From positions 113,447 to 177,446 of the forward strand of contig CAVXZF010000001.1 in NCBI GenBank assembly GCA_963766325.1: a stretch of DNA of 64,000 nt, written 5' to 3'. The translations under genes and the position numbers were made by a program. A model generated the notes under the pieces. The model was not told the DNA's origin. It made no database searches and saw only the letters and a list, made by a program, of their open reading frames with translations. The DNA comes from an uncultured Actinomycetota bacterium (lineage in GTDB: Bacteria > Actinomycetota > Actinomycetes > Mycobacteriales > CADCTP01). Of this stretch, positions 44,901 to 54,011 are shown piece after piece. Each line of letters starts with the position of its first letter. Position 1 is the stretch's first letter.

Positions 44901-47637
44901 GCGCCCGCTCGGCGAACGAGCCGTCGGCGTCGCGGCAGTCCAGCAGCACGGTGGTGCCGAGGTTGCCGAGGACGTCGTCGCTCTCGCCGGAGGCCGGCCG
45001 CAGCCCGGACAGCGCGGTCAGGCTGAAGTCCGGCCGGGCCGACCAGCGCCGCAGCGTGGTCCCGTACGCGGTCGCCAGCACCGCGCTCACCGTCAGCCCG
45101 TGCCGGGCGCAGCGCTCCCGCAGCACCGCCGCCTCGGCCGCCGGCAGCCGGGTGTGGCGGCGGGTGAAGGCGGACCGGTCCGGCAGCCGGTCCCGCAGCG
45201 GCAGGCCGGGTCCCGGCGGCAGGTCGCCGGCCACCGCCGCCCAGTGCCGCAGCGCGGCCGCCCGGCGGCGGGCCGGCGGGTCGGTGGCCGCGGCGACCAG
45301 GTCCCGGTAGCGCCCCGAGGGCGGCGGCAGCTCGACCTCCGGCCGGCGCAGCAGCGCGGCCAGCTCGGCCAGGAACCGGCGCAGCGACTGCCCGTCCAGC
45401 GCGGCCAGCCGGACCACCAGCAGGACCCGCCAGCCGTCGGCGAGCCGGGCCACCCGGACCGCGAACGGCGGGCCGGTCGCCTCGTCCGGCAGGTCCGCGA
45501 CGGCGGCGGCCCGCTCCTTCTCCAGCGCGCCGTCCAGGTCGGCTCCGCGCAGGTCGGTCCCGTCCAGGTCGGCCCCGCGCAGGTCCGTCTCCGCGGGGCG
45601 GGGGACGGGCACCGCGGGCAGCACGGTCTGACTTCCGTCCGGGCCGACGACGGTGCGCAGCACGTCGTGCCGGGCCACCAGCCGGGCCAGCGCCGCGTGC
45701 AGCGCGTCGGGGTCGAGCAGCGCCACCTGGTACTCGTGCCGGACGTGGGCGACCGTGCTCAGCGGGTAGAGGCCGCGGGCGCCGAGCCAGTACGCGCGCT
45801 GCAGGTCGGTCGGCTCGAAGGCGTCCCCGGGGGCGCGGTCGGGGCCGGGCTCGGCGGCCGGGCTCTCCTCGGCGGCCGCGCGGACCGCGGTGACCAGGTC
45901 GCGCAGCACCGGGTGGCCGACCACCGTGTGCACCGAGACGACCGCGGCGCCGGCCGGTCCCGCGGTCTCGTCGGCGACCGCCTGCAGCCGGTTGGCCAGC
46001 CGCATCGCGGCCAGCGAGTCGCCGCCGGCGGCGAAGAAGTCCTCGTCGGGCGCGCCGGTGGCCGCGCTCAGCACCGCGCACCACTCGGCGGCCACCCGCC
46101 CTGCCAACCCGCCGCCGGGGCTGTCCGGCGCGGGCGTGGTGGCCAGGGCGGGCAGCGCGGCCCGGTCGAGCTTGCCGTTGGGCAGCAGCGGCAGCCGGTC
46201 GAGCACGTGCACCCGCGGCGGCACCATGTACGCCGGCAGCGCCCGGCCCAGCCCCGCCCGCAGCTCGGCCGGGGTGAGCGTGGCGGCGGCGTACAGGACC
46301 AGGTCGTGGTCGCTGCCCCGGGCCGGCTCGGCCAGCACCGCGACGGTGGTCACCCCGGGCAGGGTGGCCGCCGCGGTCTCGATCTCGCCCAGCTCGATCC
46401 GGTAGCCGTGCACCTTGACCCGCTGGTCGCGGCGCCCGACGTAGCGCAGCACGCCGGCGGGGTCAGCCACCACCCGGTCGCCGGTGCGGTAGAGCAGCGC
46501 CGACGCCGCCCCCGGCCACCGGTCGGCGACGAACCGGTCCTCCTCGGCCGGGTCGCCGCCGAGGTAGCCGCTGGCGATCCCCGGGCCGCCGACCAGCAGC
46601 TCGCCGGGCGTGCCGGGCGCGGCCGGGGTGCCGTCGTCGCCGAGCACGAGCAGCCGGGCGCCGGCCACCGCCGAGCCCATCGGGGAGGTGCCGGCCTCGT
46701 CCGGCCGGCACCGCCAGTGGGTGACCAGCGGGGCCTCGCTGAGCGCGTACACGTTGTGCAGCGTGGTGTCCGGCAGCACCTTGCCCGCGAGCGCGCGCAG
46801 CTCGGGGGTGAGCACCTCGCCGCCGCAGACGACGTGCCGCAGGCCGGTGCAGCCGGCCGCGCCCCGGGCGTCGAGGAAGAGCCGGAACGACGACGGGATG
46901 AAGGTCGTCACGCTCACCCGGTGCCGCCGCACCAGGTCGGCCAGCAGCGGCAGGTTGGCCTCCTCGCCGGGCGGTACGACCACGGTCGCGCCGCCGGTGA
47001 GCAGCGGCCAGAGCAGGTGCCGCAGCACGCTGACGAAGCTCACCGAGGTCTTGAACAGGTGCCGGTCGGCCGGGCCGAGCCCGAACGTGCGCGCGGCCCA
47101 GTCGATCCCGGCGCAGCAGGCCCGGTGCGACAGCACCACGCTCTTCGGCCGCCCGGTCGACCCCGAGGTCGCCACGACGATCGCCGCCGCCTCCGCGTCG
47201 ACCGCCGCGATGGGGCCGGCCTCCGGGGCGGGCGGGGGAGTGGCGGCCAGCGGGACGGTGCGGGGGACGGCGAGGTCGTCGCGGCCCGCGCCGGCGGGGA
47301 CGAGCAGCGCGGCCGGGCCGGCGTCGGCGAGCACGGCGCGCAGCCGGCCGGCCGGGTCGCGCGGGTCGAGCAGGACCGCCGCGGCGCCGGTCCGGAGCAC
47401 GCCGAGCAGCGCGGCCACGTACGCCGCCGACCGCGGCAGGCACAGCGCCACCGTGTCGCCCGGCCCCACACCCGCCCCGTCGGCGCCCGGCCCGGCGGTC
47501 AGGCGGGCCGCGATGGTGCCGGCCCAGGCGTCCAGCTCGCCGTACGGGAGCACCAGGTCGCCGGCGAGGACGGCGACCGCGTCCGGGTCGGTGCGCACCT
47601 GCGCGGCGAACCGGCCCGGCACCGTCGGCGGGCTCAC
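41998..47637 (-). CDS. Bimodular NRPS: A(non-amino-acid-type)-T-Cy-A(Cys-like)-T-TE
   Basis: A1: ATSGSTGRPKSV, YRTGD, GRRDQRVKVHGYRIELGEIE. T1: FFAAGGDSLAAMRL. Cy: FEPTDLQRAYWLGAR, with RLAALDGQS in place of DxxxxD/HHxxxDG. A2: YTSGSTGRPKGV, LSFDLSVFDLFG, GGATEAAIWSN. T2: FFAAGGNSRAAV. TE: GWSMGG. GTG at 47637 is in a GTGA overlap with the upstream ALDH-like gene. Confidence 0.9.
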   Translation of the reverse strand: MSPPTVPGRFAAQVRTDPDAVAVLAGDLVLPYGELDAWAGTIAARLTAGPGADGAGVGPGDTVALCLPRSAAYVAALLGVLRTGAAAVLLDPRDPAGRLRAVLADAGPAALLVPAGAGRDDLAVPRTVPLAATPPPAPEAGPIAAVDAEAAAIVVATSGSTGRPKSVVLSHRACCAGIDWAARTFGLGPADRHLFKTSVSFVSVLRHLLWPLLTGGATVVVPPGEEANLPLLADLVRRHRVSVTTFIPSSFRLFLDARGAAGCTGLRHVVCGGEVLTPELRALAGKVLPDTTLHNVYALSEAPLVTHWRCRPDEAGTSPMGSAVAGARLLVLGDDGTPAAPGTPGELLVGGPGIASGYLGGDPAEEDRFVADRWPGAASALLYRTGDRVVADPAGVLRYVGRRDQRVKVHGYRIELGEIETAAATLPGVTTVAVLAEPARGSDHDLVLYAAATLTPAELRAGLGRALPAYMVPPRVHVLDRLPLLPNGKLDRAALPALATTPAPDSPGGGLAGRVAAEWCAVLSAATGAPDEDFFAAGGDSLAAMRLANRLQAVADETAGPAGAAVVSVHTVVGHPVLRDLVTAVRAAAEESPAAEPGPDRAPGDAFEPTDLQRAYWLGARGLYPLSTVAHVRHEYQVALLDPDALHAALARLVARHDVLRTVVGPDGSQTVLPAVPVPRPAETDLRGADLDGTDLRGADLDGALEKERAAAVADLPDEATGPPFAVRVARLADGWRVLLVVRLAALDGQSLRRFLAELAALLRRPEVELPPPSGRYRDLVAAATDPPARRRAAALRHWAAVAGDLPPGPGLPLRDRLPDRSAFTRRHTRLPAAEAAVLRERCARHGLTVSAVLATAYGTTLRRWSARPDFSLTALSGLRPASGESDDVLGNLGTTVLLDCRDADGSFAERARALQEQLYAAVAHHDVSGMEVLRRFSTAHRSAESSFVPYVFAPGRGLTGPTESPAPPELTAPGWRLVDSGIATPQVLLDHQAYGDGDELVLNWDAVDDAFPDGLLDEAFAFHRGLLDRLLAPGADWDRLDPATVPLPAGQLLARWRANHTAGPLPDGRLQDGFLSVAARSPERVAVLDGDVALTYGELHGHAADLAGRLGAAGIAAGDLVAVRAGRRWQQVAAVLGVLQAGGAYLPVDPGWPAERVAWLLDQSGARALVGEPVAGGPAVPVVEVGGVEVGSGAGARPVRPGPGDPGDLAYVIYTSGSTGRPKGVAVSHRAALNTVRDITERFAVTGADRTLGLSALSFDLSVFDLFGLLGAGGAVVGVAPGPPDPAAWARLVGEHGVTVWNSVPAILELLLDHLGPEAAGALGGLRLVLLSGDWVPVSLPARLRAAAPDARLVALGGATEAAIWSNSYPVGDPDPGWPSVPYGHPLTNQRMHVLDRRLADVPTWVPGDLHIAGAGLARGYHRDPERTAASFLVRPDGSERLYRTGDLARYRPDGCLEFLGRADDQVKIDGYRIELGEVESTLLRCPGVRAAAAVVVGEPGHDRRLAAFVVPAAGEPDLAAVRAALAGWLPAYMVPRELSVLDELPLTGNGKVDRVRLVAAARDAGPAVEEVVAPRTATERAVVALWAEVLGRDEVSATADFFAAGGNSRAAVQLMNRIRDRLGGALSLRHLFEHPTPAAQAALLDEGTAPAGHGLVPLRAGSGAGAVVLVHPIGGGVLCYRELVEALPPGPVVLGAQHAGLDGGPVAGSVAELADRYGQQLAAAVPGGDVVLAGWSMGGVIALEIARRLGPGVVRRVVVLDGWAAADPAGPPADPADVEREFRADLAAEPAGEQRLFAVYQANHRALREHRPVVPDVPVDLFAARAATARRGLVRLHEALGRPAVYLDTDHDGIVARPAVAGLAAHLAGYGAGCGAG
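45531..45590. repeat. In-frame 30-bp tandem duplication inside the NRPS Cy domain, encoding (T/A)DLRGADLDG x2 (A(D/N)LXX pentapeptide-repeat-like)
   Basis: Two adjacent 30-bp units with 3 mismatches, read directly. The protein reads ETDLRGADLDGTDLRGADLDGA. Confidence 0.8.
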
Positions 47638-49001
47638 CGGCGGATGACCGCCTTCGTCCGCATCAGGAACTCGCCGAGGTAGCCGTCGTGCGGCAGGTGC
47701 GGCGCGGTCCGCAGCGTGCGGAGGTCGCCGACGTACACGTTGCGGATCGTCGGCTCGGCCACCAGCCGGTCGACCAGCTCCTCGTCGCCGGTGCTGACCG
47801 CGAGCACGAGCGTGTCCCGCAGCGGCCCGACGCCATCGGCCGGCGACCAGGGCGCGACCCAGACGCAGGGGAAGCCGAGCTCGACCCCGGTCTGCGGCGC
47901 GTCGGCCCGGTCGACCTGCACGACCGCCGGCCGCAGCACCGCGCTGCCGTCGGGCAGCTCGTCGACCAGCCCGTCCCCGCCGAGCCGGACCGTGCAGCCG
48001 CGGGCCCGGGCCCGCAGGTGGTCCTCCAGCCGCTTCGCCGCGCCGAGCGGCTGCACCGGCAGCCGGGCGTCGGGGTGCTCCGGCGGCAGGCTCGGCAGCG
48101 CGGCCAGCCGCTCGGCCAGCGCGGTCGCCACCGGGGTCGGGTCGCCCTCGACGTACACCGCGGTGGCGTTGGTGCACGCGGTCCCGCCCTCGTCACTGAC
48201 CGCGCCGACCACGGCGTCGAGCTGGTCGGGCCAGTCCCCGCTCGCGGTGAGCAGGATCTTCGACCGGCCGGGACCCTGCCCGAGCACGGTCGAGCTGGTG
48301 GCGTAGCGGTCCATCACGTCCTGGCCGCCGTACACCAGCGCCAGGTCGGCCGCCGCGACCAGCCGGTCCGCGGTGGCGTGCTCGGTCGGCAGCAGCACCA
48401 GCCGGTCCGGCCCGAAGCCGGCCTCCCGCAGCGCGGTGACCAGCCGGAACGGGGTGAGCGGCTCGCGCCGGGACGGCCGGACCGCGACCCGGTAGCCCAG
48501 CGCCAGCGCCTCCAGCCAGGGCGCGTGCACGGCCGGGTGGTTGCCGGCCGCGAGCACCGCGAGCACGTCGCCGCGCCGGGTCCACACCGCGCGCCCGTCC
48601 GGGCCGGCCGCCCGCCAGTCGGCGACCGCGCCCGTCGGCCGGGCGCAGTCGACCGCCGTGGTCACGTGCCCGGCGGCCCGCCGGACGAACTCGGCCGCGG
48701 TCCGCACCACCGCCAGCGGCATCCCGGACACCCGGCTGACCAGCCGCTGGTGCTCCTCGACCGGCAGCCCGGCGACCGTGCCGCCGGCGAACGCCGCCCC
48801 GGCCGCCCGCAGCGCCGCCAGCCGCTCGCCGGCCGGCAGCTCGGGCGCCCGGGCCAGCGCGCTCATCGCCCGGGCCACGAACAGCGGCGGCACCACGCTC
48901 AGCTCGGCCACCGGCGCCCCGGCCACGTCCTCGACCGGCTGCCGGTTGCGCGCCGCGTACGGACCCGTGGGCCCGAGCGCGGTCAGCGCGATCGGCGCCA
49001 C
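47634..49001 (-). CDS. Aldehyde-dehydrogenase-superfamily protein (LuxC/EhpG-like reductase candidate)
   Basis: ALDH-like order with the Cys context GGTACTNATAVYV and a Rossmann-like AAGNHPAV..VRPS segment. GTG at 49001 abuts the ligase stop. Confidence 0.65.
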   Translation of the reverse strand: MAPIALTALGPTGPYAARNRQPVEDVAGAPVAELSVVPPLFVARAMSALARAPELPAGERLAALRAAGAAFAGGTVAGLPVEEHQRLVSRVSGMPLAVVRTAAEFVRRAAGHVTTAVDCARPTGAVADWRAAGPDGRAVWTRRGDVLAVLAAGNHPAVHAPWLEALALGYRVAVRPSRREPLTPFRLVTALREAGFGPDRLVLLPTEHATADRLVAAADLALVYGGQDVMDRYATSSTVLGQGPGRSKILLTASGDWPDQLDAVVGAVSDEGGTACTNATAVYVEGDPTPVATALAERLAALPSLPPEHPDARLPVQPLGAAKRLEDHLRARARGCTVRLGGDGLVDELPDGSAVLRPAVVQVDRADAPQTGVELGFPCVWVAPWSPADGVGPLRDTLVLAVSTGDEELVDRLVAEPTIRNVYVGDLRTLRTAPHLPHDGYLGEFLMRTKAVIRR

Positions 49002-50144
49002 CTAGTAGACCCCCTCGATCACGTCCTCACCGCCGAAGACGGCGAACGGCCCGACGTCGGACAGCGAGTCGCCGAGCTGGCCGGGCAGCGGCTCGACCCG
49101 GGTGGCCAGGTCCCGCTCGGCGTTGTTGGGGATGAACATCGACCGGCTGACGTGGTTCATCACCACCTGGCCGCGGGCGCCGTACGGCACCCGCCCGCCG
49201 GTCTCCGGGTCGACCACGGAGAAGGTGACGTGCGGGGAGAACGGGTCGAAGACCCGCGGCTCGTCCTCGGGCAGCCCCATCCGGTCCACCGTCGGGCACA
49301 TGCCCATCGTCCCGCCGTACGAGCTGTGCAGCTGCACGTCCGGGAACACCTCGGTGCGCAGCAGGTGCTCGGTGTCGGCGTCGATGCTGGCGCCGCCCCA
49401 GTGCACCGCCCGCACCTTCTTGCGGATCAGCTCGACCAGGTCGTCCCGCTCGGCCATCCGCTCCAGCAGCGGCGGGGTGGTGACCATCGCGCCGATCGGC
49501 TGGCTCGCCAGCACCGACGCCGCCTGCTCGACCAGGTGGTCGGCGTACGCGGCCGCCTGGTCCGGCTGGCCGGCGGCGATGACCTTCTTCACCCAGCGCG
49601 GGTCCAGGTCGACGTGGAACGGGATGCCGCCCCGGCGCCGGCACAGCTCGGCGGCGAACTGCCCGATGACGTGCGGGCCGGTCGGGGTGAGCACCAGGAA
49701 GTCGAGCTCGCTGGGGAAGCCGCGCTCGTCCAGCCGGCGGCTGACCCACTCCAGGTAGCGGTCCTCCCAGTCGCCGAGCAGCAGCACCTTCTTCGGCACG
49801 CCGGTGGTGCCGCCGCTCTCGTAGACGCCGGTGACCCGGACCCGGTCGCCGTAGCCGCGGGGGATCAGGTCCCGGACCGGGGTGTCCCGGAACTCGTCCA
49901 CCACGTTGGGGAACAGGCGCAGGTCCTCGTACGTCCGGACGTCGGCGCGCGGGTCGAAGTCGAGCGAGGCGGCCTTGTCCAGCCAGAACGGCGAGCCGGT
50001 GTCCGGGTCGAAGTGCCAGTCGATGGCGGCCCGGACGACGGCCATCCCGTCGGGGATCTCGTCGACCGGCCAGTCCAGGGCCGAGGTGGGCTTGGTCAAA
50101 AGTCCGACTCCCCAGGCTGCGGCGGCGCTGCCGGTCCCGGCCAC
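49002..50144 (-). CDS. Adenylate-forming enzyme lacking the usual C-terminal subdomain (PaaK/LuxE/EhpF-like acyl-AMP ligase)
   Basis: P-loop-like ESGGTTGVPKKV, about 370 aa. An alternative TTG start at 50099 follows GGGGAG. Confidence 0.6.
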   Translation of the reverse strand: MAGTGSAAAAWGVGLLTKPTSALDWPVDEIPDGMAVVRAAIDWHFDPDTGSPFWLDKAASLDFDPRADVRTYEDLRLFPNVVDEFRDTPVRDLIPRGYGDRVRVTGVYESGGTTGVPKKVLLLGDWEDRYLEWVSRRLDERGFPSELDFLVLTPTGPHVIGQFAAELCRRRGGIPFHVDLDPRWVKKVIAAGQPDQAAAYADHLVEQAASVLASQPIGAMVTTPPLLERMAERDDLVELIRKKVRAVHWGGASIDADTEHLLRTEVFPDVQLHSSYGGTMGMCPTVDRMGLPEDEPRVFDPFSPHVTFSVVDPETGGRVPYGARGQVVMNHVSRSMFIPNNAERDLATRVEPLPGQLGDSLSDVGPFAVFGGEDVIEGVY

Positions 50145-50309
50145 GCTAGCCGCGGGTCGGGCGGTTCGGCAAGGTATCGGCCCGGTTGGGCGAATCAGCC
50201 GGGCACGACCACCGTGATCTCGTGCTCCCCGGTCTGTACGGCCGCGCCTGCCGGTCGGCCGGCGCCGCGCCGCGGGGACCGCGCGGGCGGCGAGCCGGTC
50301 CAGGACCGG

Positions 50310-51545
50310 TCAGCCGGCCCGGCTCTCGTCCGCTTCCGCATCGGCAGGCTCCGGGTCCGGCTCGGGAGCGGGCCGCTCCGCGACGACCCAGCGGACGACC
50401 AGCCCGGCGACCAGCGCCCAGAACGCGGCGCCCACCCCGAGCACGGCCACCCCGGACGCGCCGACCAGCACGGTGACCGCGGCGGGGACCCGGTCGGCCG
50501 GCTCGGCCAGCGCGTCGGCCAGCGCGAGCCCGAGCGTGCCGAGCAGCGCCAGCCCGGCCGCGGCCGGCATCACCCCGGCGGGCGCGGCGGCGACCAGCGC
50601 GGCCAGCCCCGCGCACCCGGCCGCGAGCACCAGGTAGCTGACCGCGGCAGACACGCAGGCCAGCCAGCGCCGGGACCGGTCCGGGCCGGCGTCCGGCCCG
50701 GCGGTCAGCGCCGCCGTGATGGCGGCCAGGTTGACCGCGTGCGCGCCCAGTGGCGCCCCGAGCAGGGTCCCGGTCCCGGTCACCGCCATCGTCTCCCGCC
50801 ACGGCACCCGCCAGCCGAAGCTGGCCATCACCGCGACGCCCGGGACGTTCTGCGAGGCCATGGTGACGACGTACAGCGGGAGCGCGATGCCGACCACCGC
50901 GGCGACCGTCCAGCGCGGGGTGGTCCAGGTCAGCGTGGGCAGCAGGTCGGCGGCGTCGATCGCCGACCCGGCCTCCACCACCACCACGACGAGCGCCACC
51001 GCCAGCGCCGCCGGCACCGCCCACCGCCGGGACACCCGCTGCATCACCAGCCAGGTCAGCACCACCGGCCCGACCAGCAGCGGCGTGTCGGCCAGCGCGG
51101 TGACCGGCTTGATGCACAACGGCAGCAGCACCCCGGCCAGCATCGCCCGCGCCAGGCTGGCCGGGATCGCCGCGATCAGCTCACCCAGCTTCGGCACCAG
51201 CCCGGTGGCCACGATCAGCACCCCCGTCACCAGGAACGCCCCCACCGCCGCCGGCCACCCGCCGGCCACCGCCCCGGTCGACGCCAGCAGCGCCGCCCCC
51301 GGCGTCGACCACGCCAGCGACACCGGCGTCCGGTGCCGCACGCTCAACCACAGCGTCCCGAACGCCTGCAGCGCGCACACCGCCAGCAACCCCGACGCCG
51401 CCTGCCCCGGCGTCGCCCCCACCGCGGCCAATCCCGCCAACACCACCACGAACGAACTGCTGAACCCCACCAGCGCCGTCACCACGCCGGCCAGCACCGG
51501 CCCCGGGGCGTTCCTCACCACTGCGCGACCACCACGGCGAGCCAT
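50310..51545 (-). CDS. BenE-family benzoate/H+ symporter-like membrane transporter
   Basis: About 12 predicted TM segments. Family-typical N-terminus VLAGVVTALVGFSSSFVVVLAG and ...ASQNVPGVAVM. Confidence 0.7.
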   Translation of the reverse strand: MARRGGRAVVRNAPGPVLAGVVTALVGFSSSFVVVLAGLAAVGATPGQAASGLLAVCALQAFGTLWLSVRHRTPVSLAWSTPGAALLASTGAVAGGWPAAVGAFLVTGVLIVATGLVPKLGELIAAIPASLARAMLAGVLLPLCIKPVTALADTPLLVGPVVLTWLVMQRVSRRWAVPAALAVALVVVVVEAGSAIDAADLLPTLTWTTPRWTVAAVVGIALPLYVVTMASQNVPGVAVMASFGWRVPWRETMAVTGTGTLLGAPLGAHAVNLAAITAALTAGPDAGPDRSRRWLACVSAAVSYLVLAAGCAGLAALVAAAPAGVMPAAAGLALLGTLGLALADALAEPADRVPAAVTVLVGASGVAVLGVGAAFWALVAGLVVRWVVAERPAPEPDPEPADAEADESRAG

Positions 51546-51661
51546 GCTGCCTCACCGCTGACCGCCCGAGCCGTTCGCCCCGTCCCGGGCGGGGCAGCGC
51601 CGGCCCGCCCGGCGTCGGGACTACGCTCTCGATCGCTTCGGTCGGCGGAGGGTGCGGTCGA

Positions 51662-53980
51662 GTGGTCGAGGTCGGCTGGTTGCGGAGCCTGGGTCCGGAG
51701 GGGCTGGCCCGGCTGCTGGAGCGGCGGCCGGAGGGGTGCCTGCCGCCGGTGCCGCGGGCGCTGTCGGAGCTCGCCGAGCGGCTCGCCGAGCCGGCCGCGG
51801 TCGTCGCGCTGCTGCGGCGGCTCGAGTTGCCGGTGGTGCAGGTGATCGAGGCGCTGACCGCGCTGGGCGGCGTCGGGGTCGACCGCGGCGCGGTGACGCG
51901 ACTGCTCGGCCCCGACCGGTCGGCCGACGTGGCCCGGATCCTCGCCGACCTGGCCGAGCTGGGTGTGCTCACCGGCGGGACCGAGGTGACCCTGGTCGAG
52001 CCGGCCCGCGCCGCGTTCGGCAGCCCGCTGGGGCTGGGACCTCCGGCGGGCGCGCTGCTGGCGTGGCTGACGGCGGACGAGCTGCGGGTGCTCGCCGGCA
52101 CCCTCGGCCTGCGGCCACCGCACCGCAAGGCCGATCTCCTCGCGGCCGTGACCGCTGGGCTCCGCGATGCCGACCGGGTCCGCTCAATGATGGCTCAGGC
52201 GCCGGCGGAGGTCCGGGTGCTGCTGGACGAGGTCGCCCGCACGGGTAGTCCGGTCGAGGAGCCGCTGCACTTCTCGTTGCGCACCTCCCGGCCGTCGCGG
52301 CCCGAGCACTGGGCCCGGCTCCGGGGGCTGCTGCTGCCGGCCGGGCCGTGGACCGGCGTGCTCGCGATGCCGGCGGAGGTCGGCCTGGCGCTGCGCGGGA
52401 CTGGGTGGACGGCGCCGTTCGCCCCGGATCCACCGGTCGTCGCCCGGGTCCCGGTCGCCCGGCCGGCGGTGGAGCGGGAGGCGATGGCGGCGGGCGGGTC
52501 CCTGCTGCGCGCGGTGACCGGACTGCTGGACGCGGCCGGCCGCGCCCCGGTCGCGGTCCTGCGCGCCGGCGGGATCGGGGTGCGGGAGCTGCGCCGGTTG
52601 GCCAAGCTCGCCGGCTGCGGTTCCGGCGAGCTGAAGCTCGCGCTGTCGGTTGCCCACGCGGCCGGCCTGCTGGCGCTCGCCGAGGACGGTGCGGTGCCGT
52701 CCGAGCAGTACGACGAGTGGCTGGCCAGCGAGCCGCCGGAGCGCCTCGCGGCCCTGCTCGCGGCGTGGTGGACGTTGCCCTACGTGCCCGGCGCCGACCT
52801 GGAAGCCGGCTGGCGGCCCGTGGACCAGGCTGCGGGCGCCCTGCGGGCCGCGGTGCTGGCCGAGGCCGACCGGGAGCCCGGTGCGGTCGCCGGTGACCTG
52901 GCCGCGCTGGTGTTCTGGCGGCGCCCGTACGGCCTCGGTGAGTCGGATCCGCGGGCGCGACTGGACGCGACCTGGGCCGAGGCGGCCCTGGTCGGCGCGG
53001 CCGGTGCCGGCGGGGTCAGCGCGGCCGGGCAGGCGCTGCTCCGGGGCGACCTGGCGGCCTTGCCGGCGACCCTGGCCGGCGTGGGCGCCACGGTCGGCAC
53101 CTGCACCCTCCAGGCCGACCTCACCGCGGTGGTCACCGGCCCGCCGACCGCTCGCCTCGCCGCTGTCCTCGACTCCGTCGCCGACCGGGAGACATCGGGA
53201 GTGGCCTCGGTCTGGCGGTTCGACAGCCGGAGCATCCGGCGCGCGCTGGACGCCGGACACAGCGCCGAGGAGCTGGAAGCGGCCCTGGCCGACCTCGCGC
53301 CGGCCGGGATTCCGCAGCCGCTGGCCTACCTCATCCGGGACGCCGGCCGCCGGCACGGCCGGATCCGCGGCCAGGCCGCCGCCTGCTGCTTGCGCTCGGA
53401 TGACGCGGCGTTGGTCGCCGAGGCGGCCGCCGACCGGCGGCTGCGCCAGCTGGGTCTGCGCCTCGTGGCGCCCACGGTCTTGGTGGGCGACCGCCCGCTG
53501 GCCGAGACGCTCGCGGTGCTGCGGGCCGCCGGCTACGCCCCACTCGCGGAGGACGCCGGCGGCACGCCGGTCTGGGAGCGCCCGGCGAGCCGTCGCGGCG
53601 TCGTGCCGGGAGCGCGGCCCGGCGTCCCGCGGCGGCCGCTGCGGGACCGGCCGGACCGGCCGGCCACAGCCGAGCCGCGGCCGCTGGCGGCCACCCTCCT
53701 CGCGCGGGCCGACGACGTGGTGCCGGCGACCTCCGCCACGCTGGCCGCGGTACGACGAGGCGCCCCGCGGCTCACCGCCGGTGAGGCGCGCCTGCTCGCC
53801 CACGCCCTCGACACCGGCAGCCCGGTGCGGATCGACTACCTCAGCAGCACCGGCTCGACGACCAGCCGGGTCATCGACGACCTCGAGCTGGACCGCGGGG
53901 CGATCGACGCCTGGTGCCAGCTGCGCGACGACCAGCGCCGGTTCGCGCTCGGCGGCATCCTGGCCGTCGCACCGGCCTGA
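51662..53980 (+). CDS. Large Ala/Leu/Arg-rich conserved actinobacterial protein, possibly the helicase-associated (XPB-partner, Helicase_C_3-like) family
   Basis: 772 aa, GTG after GGAGGG, consistent GC3. The assignment rests only on my recollection of the family's N-terminal L..L.P..LA.LL..RPE pattern, so the functional call has low confidence. Confidence 0.45.
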   Translation: MVEVGWLRSLGPEGLARLLERRPEGCLPPVPRALSELAERLAEPAAVVALLRRLELPVVQVIEALTALGGVGVDRGAVTRLLGPDRSADVARILADLAELGVLTGGTEVTLVEPARAAFGSPLGLGPPAGALLAWLTADELRVLAGTLGLRPPHRKADLLAAVTAGLRDADRVRSMMAQAPAEVRVLLDEVARTGSPVEEPLHFSLRTSRPSRPEHWARLRGLLLPAGPWTGVLAMPAEVGLALRGTGWTAPFAPDPPVVARVPVARPAVEREAMAAGGSLLRAVTGLLDAAGRAPVAVLRAGGIGVRELRRLAKLAGCGSGELKLALSVAHAAGLLALAEDGAVPSEQYDEWLASEPPERLAALLAAWWTLPYVPGADLEAGWRPVDQAAGALRAAVLAEADREPGAVAGDLAALVFWRRPYGLGESDPRARLDATWAEAALVGAAGAGGVSAAGQALLRGDLAALPATLAGVGATVGTCTLQADLTAVVTGPPTARLAAVLDSVADRETSGVASVWRFDSRSIRRALDAGHSAEELEAALADLAPAGIPQPLAYLIRDAGRRHGRIRGQAAACCLRSDDAALVAEAAADRRLRQLGLRLVAPTVLVGDRPLAETLAVLRAAGYAPLAEDAGGTPVWERPASRRGVVPGARPGVPRRPLRDRPDRPATAEPRPLAATLLARADDVVPATSATLAAVRRGAPRLTAGEARLLAHALDTGSPVRIDYLSSTGSTTSRVIDDLELDRGAIDAWCQLRDDQRRFALGGILAVAPA

Positions 53981-54011
53981 CGCTGCCCCCGGCCAGGAGG
54001 GCGGGCCGAGG

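Noticed and set aside
41341-47682. Very long ORFs in the track, such as 41341..47682(+), 5342..8590(+), 47688..51845(+), 55882..60960(-), 60973..63774(-), 27333..30545(-, N-terminal two-thirds) and 37387..40044(-).
   Set aside because: Their translations are monotonous Arg/Pro/Gly/Ala/His strings with no motifs. They lie antisense to, or out of frame with, ORFs that have unmistakable domain signatures (NRPS, PKS, aconitase, FrbH-like and others). This is typical of open wrong frames in DNA with more than 70% GC.
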